A DNA stretch of 64,000 bases, from the NCBI RefSeq assembly GCF_964355755.1, contig NC_092671.1, forward strand, positions 17,174,001 through 17,238,000, read 5' to 3'. Positions 40,201 through 50,546 of the stretch are shown here, piece after piece. Position numbers and translations under genes: made by a program. This DNA is from Antedon mediterranea. Its lineage: Eukaryota > Animalia > Echinodermata. Position 1 is the first letter of the stretch; the number at the start of each line of letters is the position of its first letter. The notes beneath the pieces were generated by a model. It saw only the letters and a list, made by a program, of their open reading frames with translations. It was not told the DNA's origin and did not search any database.

Positions 40201-41447
40201 AAACGCCCAGTGCGTCTTTTACGACATTTCGCGTAGTGATAAACATAGAGTGGTGTCCTAGTACATAAGTTCATGGTCTTTAGGTTTATTGTGTCATGAA
40301 AATAAATAATAATTACATACTACAATGTTATTGGTTTGAACCGCCATACACTGTACACAGCAAAGGAAATAGTCATATTTAATAATTTAATTGTTTTTAA
40401 TCTTTCAAGGTAAAAATGCAGTGCACTCCATAATATTTTTCTCGCGTGTATGCCTACCACGTAAAATCACGTTGTTTCTCAGGACTAATAGAGTATTGAT
40501 ATTCTTCGAATGAGGTTAAATAATTATTATTTTTTATTTACTACCGTATCTTTTAATATCATATTTTATTGAATTTTACAATGTTAATACACAAAATATT
40601 TTACTAAAAAACGGTGATTTTATGCAAAAAAATGGAGTTGGCCTTGTTCATACAACTGCCGCCGTCTGAGGGGGCAACATGTTTACGTCATTTTTAGGTA
40701 AAAACAATCATTTTCGGTCATGTTTTAGGCCTTATATTTTGGAATCTACAAGTCAGATATTCATAATTATTTCTCTTTAATTATAATATTTAATAATATA
40801 TACTAAAAACCGTGATATATAAACTTTGGAATATACATCGTTATATCTAATAAGTAATATAAATAGAACTTCTATTAAATAGAAACGAGCACCGGCGAAA
40901 GTAAGCATTTGGCGTTTCATAGAAAATAACGTTTTTCTGACGGCGGCTCAACTTGTCGGCGGCTCAACTTGGCCTAATCCGTCGAATCGTATAAACATGT
41001 TACATAATATTATGTTGTGAGTGTAAAAAACGAAAGTTTAGGTAAGAAATCGAAGATATAACGGTGTGGTGCGAAACTGCAGTAGCGCCAAAAATTTTAA
41101 TGCGCAACTAATTATCAACTAAAATATCACAAAAAAATCCAGTGTTCTGTACAAATTATTTATTTAGATAGGCCTATATTTAAATGATGGATGGTTAGAC
41201 CGAGGGCCTACAGTATCACCTGTCCTAAAACGGGTCGTCCTAACTAGTCTGGCTAGCTGCAGGGGTAAGCCTAACTACTCTCTAATAAGCATTGCCAAGA
41301 CCCTTGCTTGCTTGACCTTTGTTTGGGGGCCTAGCCTAGTAGTAGTAGTAGTATAGTAGGCCTACCTTCTTTCTTCTCGATATACTGAATGGTTTCGTAT
41401 ATTTTATCGAGCTCTCCATGGGCACAACCCTCTACAGCAACCTTCAT
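18453..41447 (-). CDS. DBR1: RNA lariat debranching enzyme DBR1, full spliced model (9 coding exons, 586 aa)
   Basis: Exons 41366-41447, 37308-37422, 36847-36971, 36291-36457, 30354-30480, 28590-28687, 25554-25628, 22496-22638, 18453-19281 sum to 1761 nt in frame with GT/AG junctions. Metallophosphoesterase motifs [33 protein letters not shown] and [12 protein letters not shown] are characteristic of Dbr1. Confidence 0.97.
20545..20965 (-). mobile_element. SINE family B with chimeric 5S rRNA + tRNA-like head
   Basis: Minus strand begins TACGACCATACTGCATTGAAACACCGGTTCCCATCAGGTCACC...GGATGGGAGAACGTCTGGGAATT...GGTGCTGTA (5S-like), then B-box GGTTCGAGCC, shared core and AT-rich tail; other copies at 32830-34500 (interrupted) and 35990-36265. 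Confidence 0.75.
20851..20965 (-). pseudogene. Degenerate 5S rRNA-derived sequence (SINE head)
   Basis: About 115 nt collinear with the metazoan 5S rRNA consensus as recalled, with many substitutions. Confidence 0.75.
21722..22437. mobile_element. Foldback-type non-autonomous element with 15-bp subterminal repeats
   Basis: Left arm (AAGTCAACTCGGCCCC)n...TTGGCCAAAAACTAATCG...GGAACGCAAAA is inverted relative to right arm TTTTGCGTTCC...CGATTAGTTTTTGGCCAA...(GGGCCGAGTTGAC)n. Confidence 0.7.
22496..22638 (-). CDS. DBR1: DBR1 coding exon 8
   Basis: [47 protein letters not shown](K); poly-T ATAG acceptor, GTAAG donor. Confidence 0.93.
23260..23400. repeat. Imperfect palindromic dispersed repeat (second copy 25280-25410)
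   Basis: Shared ATGGTACAAATAATTTCATGAGGT...ATTTGTACCAT arms in both copies. Confidence 0.6.
24497..24694. mobile_element. Harbinger/Tourist-like MITE
   Basis: TAA|AACCTGTTTTCCTGTCGAC ... GTCGACAGGAAAACAGGCT|TAA. Confidence 0.75.
25554..25628 (-). CDS. DBR1: DBR1 coding exon 7
   Basis: [25 protein letters not shown]; poly-T CCAG acceptor, weak donor GTCTCA. Confidence 0.93.
25785..27690. repeat. Complex minisatellite of 79-bp, about 42-bp and 82-bp related units
   Basis: Unit GAGCACCTCAGGCCAGTGATTCCCATGATCCTAGCAAACACTTTGTGGACTATCAAGAGAGGCCAATAGCAGATGCCAA; period 79 at 26619/26698, period 82 at 27061/27143. Confidence 0.93.
28000..28154. mobile_element. Tc1/mariner-pogo-like MITE
   Basis: TA|CAGTCAACTCTC ... 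GAGAGTTGACTG|TA. Confidence 0.75.
28590..28687 (-). CDS. DBR1: DBR1 coding exon 6 (SAHLH motif)
   Basis: [32 protein letters not shown]; acceptor TTCTTAG, donor GTATTC. Confidence 0.95.
30088..30298 (-). mobile_element. tRNA-derived SINE, family A copy
   Basis: ATGTCTTTAGG..GGCCAAGGATTACCAAT and GTTTATAGTTCTTATCCGAGAAGA..ACCAGAACTAGGAG match 2422-2720. Confidence 0.7.
30354..30480 (-). CDS. DBR1: DBR1 coding exon 5 (SHDWP motif)
   Basis: Acceptor TTACAG; [42 protein letters not shown](G); donor GTAATC. Confidence 0.95.
32005..32150. mobile_element. Harbinger/Tourist-like MITE
   Basis: TAA|AGCTCTGTCTATACTATCAAA ... TTTGATAGTGTAGACAGAGC. Confidence 0.7.
33008..34477. mobile_element. Non-autonomous Tc1/mariner-type DNA transposon inserted into a family-B SINE
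   Basis: TA|CAGTACAGAAAGAAATTACTGC ... GCAGTATTTTCTTTCTGTACTG|TA; internal 20-21 bp tandem array (CCTACGATGTATTGTTCGTAG) at 33080-33315. Confidence 0.8.
35778..35922. repeat. Long near-perfect inverted repeat (about 65-bp arms)
   Basis: GGTTAAATATAAGATTTGACATCCCC...GGGGATGTCAAATCTTATATTTAACC. Confidence 0.85.
35990..36265 (-). mobile_element. SINE family B copy (retains the 3' half of the 5S-like head)
   Basis: CCTCAAACTTAACTGGAAA, GCAGTGCAGC..AGAACAGCACACC, and TATACAGCA...TTCCCAGA..TCTCCATCCA match 20545-20900. Confidence 0.65.
36291..36457 (-). CDS. DBR1: DBR1 coding exon 4
   Basis: [55 protein letters not shown]; donor GTAATT. Confidence 0.95.
36847..36971 (-). CDS. DBR1: DBR1 coding exon 3 (GNHE motif)
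   Basis: [41 protein letters not shown](G); AG acceptor, GTAAGT donor. Confidence 0.96.
37308..37422 (-). CDS. DBR1: DBR1 coding exon 2
   Basis: Acceptor TTGGTTAG; (D)[37 protein letters not shown](K); donor GTAAGT. Confidence 0.95.
37678..39210. repeat. Direct duplication (37678-38221 and 38663-39210) enclosing a copy of 32304-32727
   Basis: Near-identical about 545-bp copies; the spacer 38221-38655 is near-identical to 32304-32727. Confidence 0.9.
39478..41089. mobile_element. Merlin-like non-autonomous DNA transposon
   Basis: About 43-bp TIR GGCGCTACTGCAGTTTCGCACCACAC(T/C)GTTATATCTTCGATTTCT; 8-bp TSD AAAAATTT on both sides; GGNRM terminus. Confidence 0.75.
40150..40980. mobile_element. 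Mutator(MULE)-like MITE nested in the Merlin-like element
   Basis: 9-bp TSD GTCGAATCG (40141-40149 and 40981-40989); imperfect TIRs GGAT...GCCGCCGACAAGTTGAGCCGCC. Confidence 0.75.
41366..41447 (-). CDS. DBR1: DBR1 coding exon 1
   Basis: ATG at 41447; [27 protein letters not shown]; phase-1 donor GTAGGC. Confidence 0.95.
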
Positions 41448-42001
41448 GGTATTAATACTATTATACAATCAGTTAGTAAATACTGTACTGTACAACAAAT
41501 TAATAAGCCTTCCTAAGCCTAGGCCCACAAGTACATAAACTGTCACAGCGAAAAACAGTTTTACAGGTGCTACATGATTGGTGGTGTAGAAGAGTACATG
41601 CAAAACACAACAAACAAACGCACGTGCGGATACACTCGATGGTGGCGCACTACTAAGCGTTTTACCAGAGCCATTTTTGGCTCTGCGTTTTACTTTGTGT
41701 TATTTTGGAAAATAGCTATTATTTATTAAAAATCTTAACATATACACTTTTAAACATTAATAATGCCATATTTTGGTATAAGGTGAAACTCTACCTACCT
41801 AGGATCCTAGATGATTTGATAGCTTGAATTGCATGTCCTCTATTTTATAATACTGGGTAACTTTTCTACAATAAAAATAATGCTTCTTGATTGGTTGAAA
41901 GTAGTTGATGACGCGCTGCCTCAACTTTCTCATCTCTCTCTCTCACTGCTGCTAGCTCAGCAGGAGGAGGGCTGCTTCTGCTGAAAGCAGGATTATTTTT
42001 G
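41448..42001. promoter_or_regulatory. Putative bidirectional promoter region and non-coding first exon of the plus-strand gene
   Basis: Immediately upstream of the DBR1 ATG; ATTGG boxes at about 41576 and 41890, CACGTG at 41621, CT-rich tract 41930-41945 then a GC-richer segment ending in a GTAGGC donor at 42002. Confidence 0.45.
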
Positions 42002-43162
42002 GTAGGCATATAGCCTAGGCCTAGTAGGCTTAATAGGCCTAGATAATATAAAATATGCCTATTTATGCTTAGAATTGAGTATACTGCTGATAAGCATACT
42101 ACATGGTTACATGTTTTGATAAATGCATTATTCGTCTCGATGATTTAGTAGGCGGGTTTATTAAAATATTCTAGGCCTAGACCTAGCCTATATAGGTTAG
42201 GGGTTAGGCTATGACTATGATGAGTATGACTCATAACATGAGCTAGCTAGGGCCTAGCCTCTATGCCTACTTAGGTAGTAGTAATAGATAGTAGGCAGGC
42301 TTAGCCTAGCTAGCTAGGCATACAATCTCCTCCAAGGAAGGACATTACAACGTTGAATCATTATCACTGACCTACTAAAAAACAAATTATATTAGGCCTA
42401 GGCTAGGCCCCTAGCCTAGAGGCCTTGTTTTAGCGAATGTGCCAATTTCAAGGACTTGCAACACTTGCTTGCTAGCTAGGGCCATACTACTTAGGCGAGT
42501 ACTGACGTAAGTAAGGAATCGAGCATAGCCTATATAATTAATATATGGCCGTAACAATTAAATTAACATTATCATAAAGGATAAATGTATAAAACAATTT
42601 ATCGAATTGTGTGTTACTGTTATATGTGACTGTAATAATATGCGATTATGAATGATACTGTTCAACTGATAGATCTAGGAGATTGACAATCTGAGTAAAA
42701 TGGCGGCAGCACAGGTGACGAAATCTTCGATCATTTATCGAAAGTCGTCTTAATATAAAACATGAGTGTACTTAGAAGATAATCATGACAAATGGTATCA
42801 ATGAATGATCGATTGACGATAATGGATGGATGTGGATGACGATATATTCACCATGGTAACTAATCATCATGCGCAGACTTTAAACATCGATTAACATTAT
42901 TTTAATGTGAAACGTGAGAAACATAAAACTACTCAGGTTATGTTTTGTTTTTGTTATTCGAGAAATATTACAATAAAGGCTAACGAAGATGTTTTTTTTT
43001 CTGACACCGCACCCCAAACCACACCTTAAATCTTGCCCCAGGGGATTTTTGCTCAAGCGCCACTAGTTTGAAACCGGCATAATATCTGTCATCAATGTGT
43101 CTCTTAAAGCAATTCAAGCCACTAAAATCTCATCCATTTCAATCATTCTTGTTGGTCTTTAA

Positions 43163-44068
43163 AGCGTGGTTCCCACTAGAATGCACGCAACGACGTATCG
43201 ACGCAAAGTGCTGTATTGCGTAATCACAAGTGGAAACCGACATAATGTGTCATTGGACTCTATAGAAACATGTATGTTCTGAACAATTTGACACTAAAAA
43301 CAATTTCATATGTACAATATTTTCAAAGTTATGCGATTTTATGTAGTGCAAAGTTCAAAGGTCAATAATGTTAGAATCGGCCATTTTTTGCAAAAACATG
43401 CCATTAGACAAAATATAAATATGTAGTTTCTGAACAGTTTGAGCCATATTGTGTATCTCTCAGATTAGTGGTTGCTAAGATATGATAAATCAAGGTCAAA
43501 GGTCAATAATGTTAGAATCCGCCATTTTTTGCAAAAATATGCCATTAGACTGGATATAAATGTGTAGTTTCTGAACAATTTAAGCCCTAATTTGTATATC
43601 TCCGATTAGTGGTTGCTGAGATATGATAAATCAAGGTCAAAGGTCAATAATGTTAGAAATAGAACTTCCATTCATTTTTGGACAAACTTTTTCATTAAAG
43701 TGAATATAAAAACATATACTCTAACGATTTTAACACCATAATTAAGTATCTGTGACTAGCGGTTTCCAAGATACAAAGTACGTTATTAAAAATGGCGGCC
43801 ATTTTTAATTATGCGAATTAGGCTACTTCCCGTTGTCGAAAAATGTCCTAACGTTGATAAATGTGTTCAGTAGGGTCTAAAGAACACATTTCATCAAAAA
43901 AACCTTTTCTTTTCTTGTGTGAGTTAAAAGTCTAAATCCCATGGACTATAGTGCTGCAAACATCGTAGGTTTGATTTCACGCAGGCGGGGGAAAACACAA
44001 TGACTGGAAGGGCATTTTCTTACGTTGCGTAGATTGCGTTACGTTACGTCGCTAGTGAGAACCAAGCT
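43163..44068. mobile_element. Harbinger-like MITE interrupted by a 0.7-kb insert (43241-43949)
   Basis: Termini AGCGTGGTTCCCACTAG / CTAGTGAGAACCAAGCT; a sister copy at 44348-44512 lacks the insert. Confidence 0.65.
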
Positions 44069-47000
44069 TGAGCGATGTGAGACATCAGTACATAGCGTTT
44101 TATAAAACTTTATTTTATGTATTAAATATTATTATATAAAATATCTATCCTATTCAAAGATGGTCCGCCACTTCACGTGTATTCTTTCTCTAAAATAGCA
44201 TTTATCAGTCTATTCAAAGCATTGATTTGTGTATGTGTTAGAAGTAATTAAATGTGTAACAGATGGTAATATAGATCTAACAAAAATGTTTAAAAGCCGG
44301 ATTAGAACAGTAATACAGGTCAACAAGAGCTGCAGGTGTTGGTCTTTAAAAGTGCTGTATTGCGTAATCACAAGTGGGAACCGACGACGTAACAGTGCTG
44401 CAAACATCGCAGGTTTGATTTCACGCAGGCGGGGGAAAACAAAATTATTGGAAGGGCATATTATTACGTTGCGTAGGTTGCGTTACGTTGCGTCGCTAGT
44501 GGGAACCAAGCTTAAACATGTTCTACCGTTTTGTATAGTTTTACACGTGTACGTTTACAAGACACTATGTTACATTACTGTACCATTTTACATGCTGTTC
44601 CGACCTTTAGGACCTGTTTCTGCTGAATTCAAAAGTAGACCTACGGTTTTCTGCTAAACCATTAAAAAAAAGATCATGTTCAGCTAAATTTCCCGTATCA
44701 ATTGGGGGTTTTTAAAAAACCTTAATTAAAAATCGGTGTTTTGTGAACTCGTTTCACTGCTGCTGCCAAGAAAAATACCATTAAAAAAGTTATAACTTCA
44801 CGTAATAAAATGGCCAGAAAATAATATCAAATATTGTCCAATTCATCGTAAATATCCCCATTGTATATAGTTTCTGTAAAAAACCAATCCAATCTTCTTC
44901 CCCAACATCTTCACCCATTTTGACAAATATGGCCTACAGAAAAGGGAGGAAAATACATGTTTATATCGTTTCACAATAACATCATTTTCGTCACTCACCC
45001 CCTCAATTTGCAGTGGAGTTTAAATACAGTATTAAATATTATGTTCCTTGTCATATAAACTATTCGTATTGAATAGTGATTCCGCATAATTCAACCACCA
45101 TCGTGACGAAATCATCTGGTTTATGTCATACAGGTGATCATGAATGAAGGCGCGCCTATCCCATCCTCCATGCAGTACGGTATGTCCTCTTCTCCGACGT
45201 TCCACAATATTTCGTCAATCTTTCCACTTATTAAAATTTGTCGTCTGCGAGGCCGCGGCTTTTTCGTCCAGTTTGTAACTCGTTTTGTCAACATGTTGTC
45301 ACTTTCAGTTGTATCCCGCTGATCTTCATTACATCAAATCATTTACCACTAGTAGTCAAAATGGGGAATCCCCAACGTTTTATTGAATGAACCAAAATTT
45401 TGAAGGCCATCGTAATTGATAACATATTATTAATACGCTATTAATCTTCATAAAACGGTTGTAAACAAGTTTGATTTTTAGGTTTGGGGTTAATTTGGTG
45501 ACGCTACCCAATGGTCTACCGTATTTCGTTTATATTTATTGCTATCATAAAATTTGTTTTATTGAATAGGTTTTATGCTATTTATTTGTATATTCTTACA
45601 CTTAAAGCCAATATAAGGCCGTCGCATATCAAATATGGACAACCGCTTTGCATAATAAAAATCTCAAAATATTATATTTTTCCCTCATTCATTTCATGGT
45701 AAAGTGTCCCCTTAATAGGGGTGTTTCTTGAATAAGTGTGTCCCAAAGGAGGGTTTCTATTAAAAACTTTTTTTTTAAATGACACCTCTGCTGGTGCCAG
45801 TTTACAGTACAATAGGATGAAATATATAGAGGGCGGTCGTTAATCAACCTCCTTGCACATTTACTAACCAAAAGGCAGTCTGTCAATAAACATCTTACGA
45901 AAACTCCGACGGAAAGAAGACTGAGCAGGCTAAAAAATGATGGTGGGCTTTCTCGAAAGCATTCATAGTTCTTTTTTTACTCGTACTTAAACCAAAAAAA
46001 AATCTACGCTCCACGTGAATATCCGGGGAATTATGGATGAGTTGTATTTTGGGTGAAACTATGAACTGTTGGAAGAAAACAACCTGTTGTTCATGAATTT
46101 AAGTGCGGTGCTCTTTTGATATACCTGGCGTTTGCGGCGTCTAGTGAAGCGTTACGTAGGAGAGGAAGCCGGACCAACGTTGTCGGAACTGGTAATTAAT
46201 CATTAGACGCTCCCTATTTTAAGATATATTTTATCTATATATATTACCTTGTATTGCTAGTTAGATAACGTATACCTTTCATTATGGATTAAATAATGAT
46301 AAATATTAACTAGATCACTCCTAACCGATGTTGAAGTTCAGGTGTTATCCACACACCTATCAACTGTACATTATTACAGCATATGTTGCATACTTAGTCA
46401 ATTACCAGGAAGGTAGGCCTACAGCAAAACAATAATAATTTATTTAATTTAATATATTTCCTATCTAAACCACATTCTTTCGTCACTTCCCTGTCTAAAC
46501 CAGTTTGTAAAATTGCATTACATTAGTTGTTTGATAAAAACAACATTTATTTTATATTGCATTAATAGTGGACGTTTACACATTTAGTAGGCCTAGTATA
46601 TTTGTACCACCTTTATGCTTATAACTAGTCTGGGCTCCAGACGGAGTTTTGTGTTAATATTAGTAAAAATATAAATATTTTTGCACATATACTTTTATTC
46701 ATACGTGTATTACTCAGTTTGGATACTCTGTATTTTCAGACAAAAATCGCGGTCGAAATAAAAACAAATAAATAAAAAAAAAAGACAATAAATACAGACT
46801 TGGGGCAAGTCTAGCTTATAACTAACATTTCAGAACTTATGCAAAGGATTATTGAATTATTATAGTATTTAAGTATTCTGATTTTTAAACTAAATGTTGT
46901 TTATGACCTTTATACCTGTAATTGAAATGATCAAAGATGACTCCTACTTGTTGATAGTCTATTTACAAATTAATAAAGTGGTCTGTGGTCAACTTAAGAC

Positions 47001-47195
47001 AATTGTATAGGTAGTACTGTATTTATGATGAGGTATACATTATACCTTCATGCTAGGTCAAGTACCAGGGTAATTTCTACCATATGTAATTTACACCACT
47101 GATCGAAATTATTATCTTGTAATATTATGTTTTGTTATCATAGAGTCATTATAATTTCTTTCATAGGCATTGTCACTTTAGAATTAGCAGCCATC

Positions 47196-47217
47196 ATGAA
47201 GAATGGAACTACCGATA
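47196..47217 (+). CDS. Start-codon exon of a synaptotagmin-like membrane protein gene (exon begins about 47167)
   Basis: Acceptor TTTCATAG ending at 47166; GCCATCATG context; MKNGTTD then phase-1 donor GTAAGT, in phase with the exon at 57050. Confidence 0.65.
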
Positions 47218-47511
47218 GTAAGTACTTATTCTTCTATTATTCTTATTATTTATTATTTATTTTTTATTATTTATTTATTTTTATTATTTATTTATTATTT
47301 TTGTTTTAATTTTTGTTTGCTTCAATTTATGATGTTATCTATTTTGTACACATTATGGAAGTGCTCCTTCTGGGAGAATTTGTGCAAATTGAAATATTAT
47401 CTAATAAATTAATACTAGATTACAGAATTATGCTGGATCAATTCTTTAGCAGAATTCTGTATGATATAATTAATGTAAATTATAGATCAACAGTGAATTC
47501 TAAACCTCCCA

Positions 47512-47890
47512 ATGATATTCTGAAAATGTATTAATTTGAAGTGATAAAGATGAGGAATTTCCTTATCTTTATCACTTCAAATTAATACATTTTCAGTATA
47601 TCATACATAATCTGTATATATATATCTGAAGGATGAGGCCGTATCAATTTGATCTCTGGTGCGTTTGCATACAATTGAGGGACTAGTGATGTTCCGCCGT
47701 ACCACACCGAGAGTGTTTCAACTGAGTTAGAACAATACCTTCAAATCCCTGTGGTGTAATGGTTAGGACACCTGCATATCAATCAGCAGGTTCCGGGTTC
47801 GAATCTCGGTTGGGGGCGACTTTTTCTCATTTTCACAGATTTCCTCATCTTTATCATTTCAAATTTATAATAAAATTTCAGTATATCATT
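47512..47890 (+). mobile_element. Small element with internal tRNA-like Pol III cassette, direct terminal repeat and 5' inverted copy
   Basis: 47512-47556 is inverted to 47559-47604; 47559-47604 recurs directly at 47840-47889; tRNA-like core at 47746-47816. Confidence 0.6.
47746..47816 (+). pseudogene. tRNA-like sequence (not a canonical tRNA)
   Basis: A-box TGGTGTAATGG, D stem GTGT/ACAC, T arm CCGGG-TTCGAAT-CTCGG, T6 terminator at 47821; anticodon loop about 10 nt and weak acceptor stem. Confidence 0.7.
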
Positions 47891-49000
47891 TTAGAATTTA
47901 TTTTGTGCCTGTCATTTTTATATACATAGATATATCAAAGTAAAAATGTAAGTCAACCCTGTGGTTCCTGTCTCCGTTTCCTCAGCATTAGGTCCAGTGT
48001 ATTTAAAAAAAAATCACTACCAAGTCGGCAAACATACTAGTATTACAATAGTACAATCCTATGTTCATAAAGTTTTTCCCGAAAACCCCCATTAATGAGA
48101 CAATTTAATTTTTTGGTTAGTGTTCCCTGAATAGTAGCACCCCTATTAAGGGGTAAATTTGTTGGGTCCCGAAGGTGTCCCTTTAATAGGGGTCTACCTA
48201 TCAGATCCAAAGTCATGATCAATACCATATAATAACGCGAAAACAACAACATTTTCCCATGCAATAGTCACCAGCAAGCAATGTACCAACCAGTTTGTTT
48301 ACGATTACAGTAGTAATAACGGGTTAATGAATAGCTACTCTAACTTAGTAAGATTAAACCCATCATACACCTACACGGCTAATCTTGTTAGCAATTAACA
48401 CCCACCATATCATTTCTCGTTATTCAATTTGCTTCCAAGTGCTGTTTAAACATTACAAAAATGAAGAATCTACAAATAACTTACAGTTGATTTAGTGTAA
48501 TCATTAACTGGAGTACATTAAATTTTCAAAAATAAAAAAAAAATGTAGGTTTTGCAATAATAAATGTTTGCAGCTCTTTTTACTCAAAGGCATTATAGAG
48601 AATAGAACTGAACAAAATTGTTAGATATACTATAAACTTGATAATTGATTAAATTGGCAATTATTTCAAAAGGGTCATTATCATCAGGTAGCTGATGTAG
48701 TCAAGATATGGATATACAAACCTCATTATAATTTTGAGTCATATTGATATGGTTGATGAATTAAAGGGGCTCTCAACAGGAATCTCATAGTACAATGAAT
48801 CTGCAATTGGTTTATAAATATGTTACATAGTTATAAACCAATTGCAGATTCATAATCTATGATTGACAAAATGATAATCAAGTTATATAATATTCCTTCT
48901 ATAATATTCAGTATCCTTCATCATTAGCATGACTATCAGTATCATTATATCAGTCAATTTGTGTTCCTAGTATACCCGGATAAACTAACAATAACCCTTC

Positions 49001-50546
49001 CTGGGGCGGATCCAGACATTTTTGAGAGGGGGGGGTCCGCCGATAAAAAGGGCACATGAGATATTGAGTATTTGAGCCACAGCCCCCCCCTCCCCCCCAT
49101 GGTGGGGGTTGTGGCGAAGCGAATTTTGTTACAGGACACACTTAGATGGCCGGAAATGGCACTCTCGCACGCAAAATCCATGATAAATGGCACCTTTCTA
49201 GTTCGCCGGAAATGACACTTTATTAGCAGGGATAACGATGCAAAATTAAAAGTTGTTATTTTTCAACCAATTTAAACATTATCTGTTGGTATTTTGTTTC
49301 AATATTCCAATAAAGAAAGAATTACGAAAATCTGACTTGTAGTTTTCGAAATATAGGGTCTAAAACTTTTCCGAAAATGTTCGTTTTTAGCCACGAACGT
49401 TGTAAACAAATTGCGCCATTTTTCGCTAAAATAATTACATATAATTACGTTTTATAGTAATTTCTTTTATATATCAACATTGGAAATATCAATAAAATAT
49501 GTTATTAAATGTTTATAAAATATATAGAGTTGTTTATTTAACGGAATTCGTACAAATTCATTGCTCTAAATGTGACTTCTTGGTACACGCGAGAGAAAAC
49601 ATTCCGCTGTGGGTGATTCGCGTCCACCAATCAAATAGCCAGAATCCAAAATCATTCAACCGTGAGCTCTGCCGATCGCGGGAAAGCTCAGCTTTGAATG
49701 GCTTACGATGACATCATATCACAAAATGGCGGTTTTGAAGTTGAGCCTCACGTAATTTTCACAAATATTGATTCAAAAATGAACCTTCTTTATGGTATGT
49801 GTGATTTTTCTTTAAAAGATTTGAATAATAAAGGCTTAATATCGAGAAAAAAACATTTTTTTGGCACTTATAATAAATATTTCTCAGAGAAAAAAGCACA
49901 TGGCTTGTAGAACAAATCCCAGGTCATGAGAGGCTCAACTACAAAAACAAGGTTGAATAGTGTAAGGACTGTTCGATGATTTTTGAGTGAACAATCTACC
50001 GCGTATGGTCGTACGCGCTAGATAGTACAATATTTTAACTACATTTTTTACATGTTTGGTTGGATGTAATGGAAATAAAAAATAGTTGATCTGATGGAAT
50101 GATATGTAAATAAACAAATACTCAAAAGAATTATGTTTACAGTTCAATTATTTTCAGAATAATAATACATAAAAATGTGTTTACCAATAGACAAATAATC
50201 GCGTCAATGATATAGCGCGCATGGTAACGTACGCGGAGTTGAATCGTAAAAAGTTTACATGCGCCCTCTGTAGTATGTGAAACGATCTATTTTTAGAAGT
50301 TTAAGTAGAGATCATCACGTGTCACCACCTCTCACGATGCTCTTTGATCGGCCGCCGTAACTTGACATCGCGCTCATTGTGATAAATTTCTGTTTTTATT
50401 TTTGGGGTTAGTGTCGCCTACTCTGTGCATACTAATATACACACAAATATGTCACACGAATAAAATATTGAACCTCTAAAAAAAGGGCACCCTTAAAATT
50501 TAGGGGGGGTCCGGACCCCGTGGACCCCCCTCTGGATCCGCCCCAG
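49001..50546. mobile_element. hAT-like non-autonomous element with 5-bp TSD
   Basis: CCTTC|CTGGGGCGGATCCAGA ... TCTGGATCCGCCCCAG|CCTTC; related truncated end at about 59372. Confidence 0.65.

Noticed and set aside
47203-47217. Alternative start ATG GAA CTA CCG ATA for the plus-strand gene
   Set aside because: Gives phase 0 and hits a stop (TAA) nine codons into the 57050 exon; the upstream ATG at 47196 fits
47746-47816. Functional tRNA gene
   Set aside because: Anticodon loop about 10 nt, poor acceptor stem, embedded in a repeat-like structure
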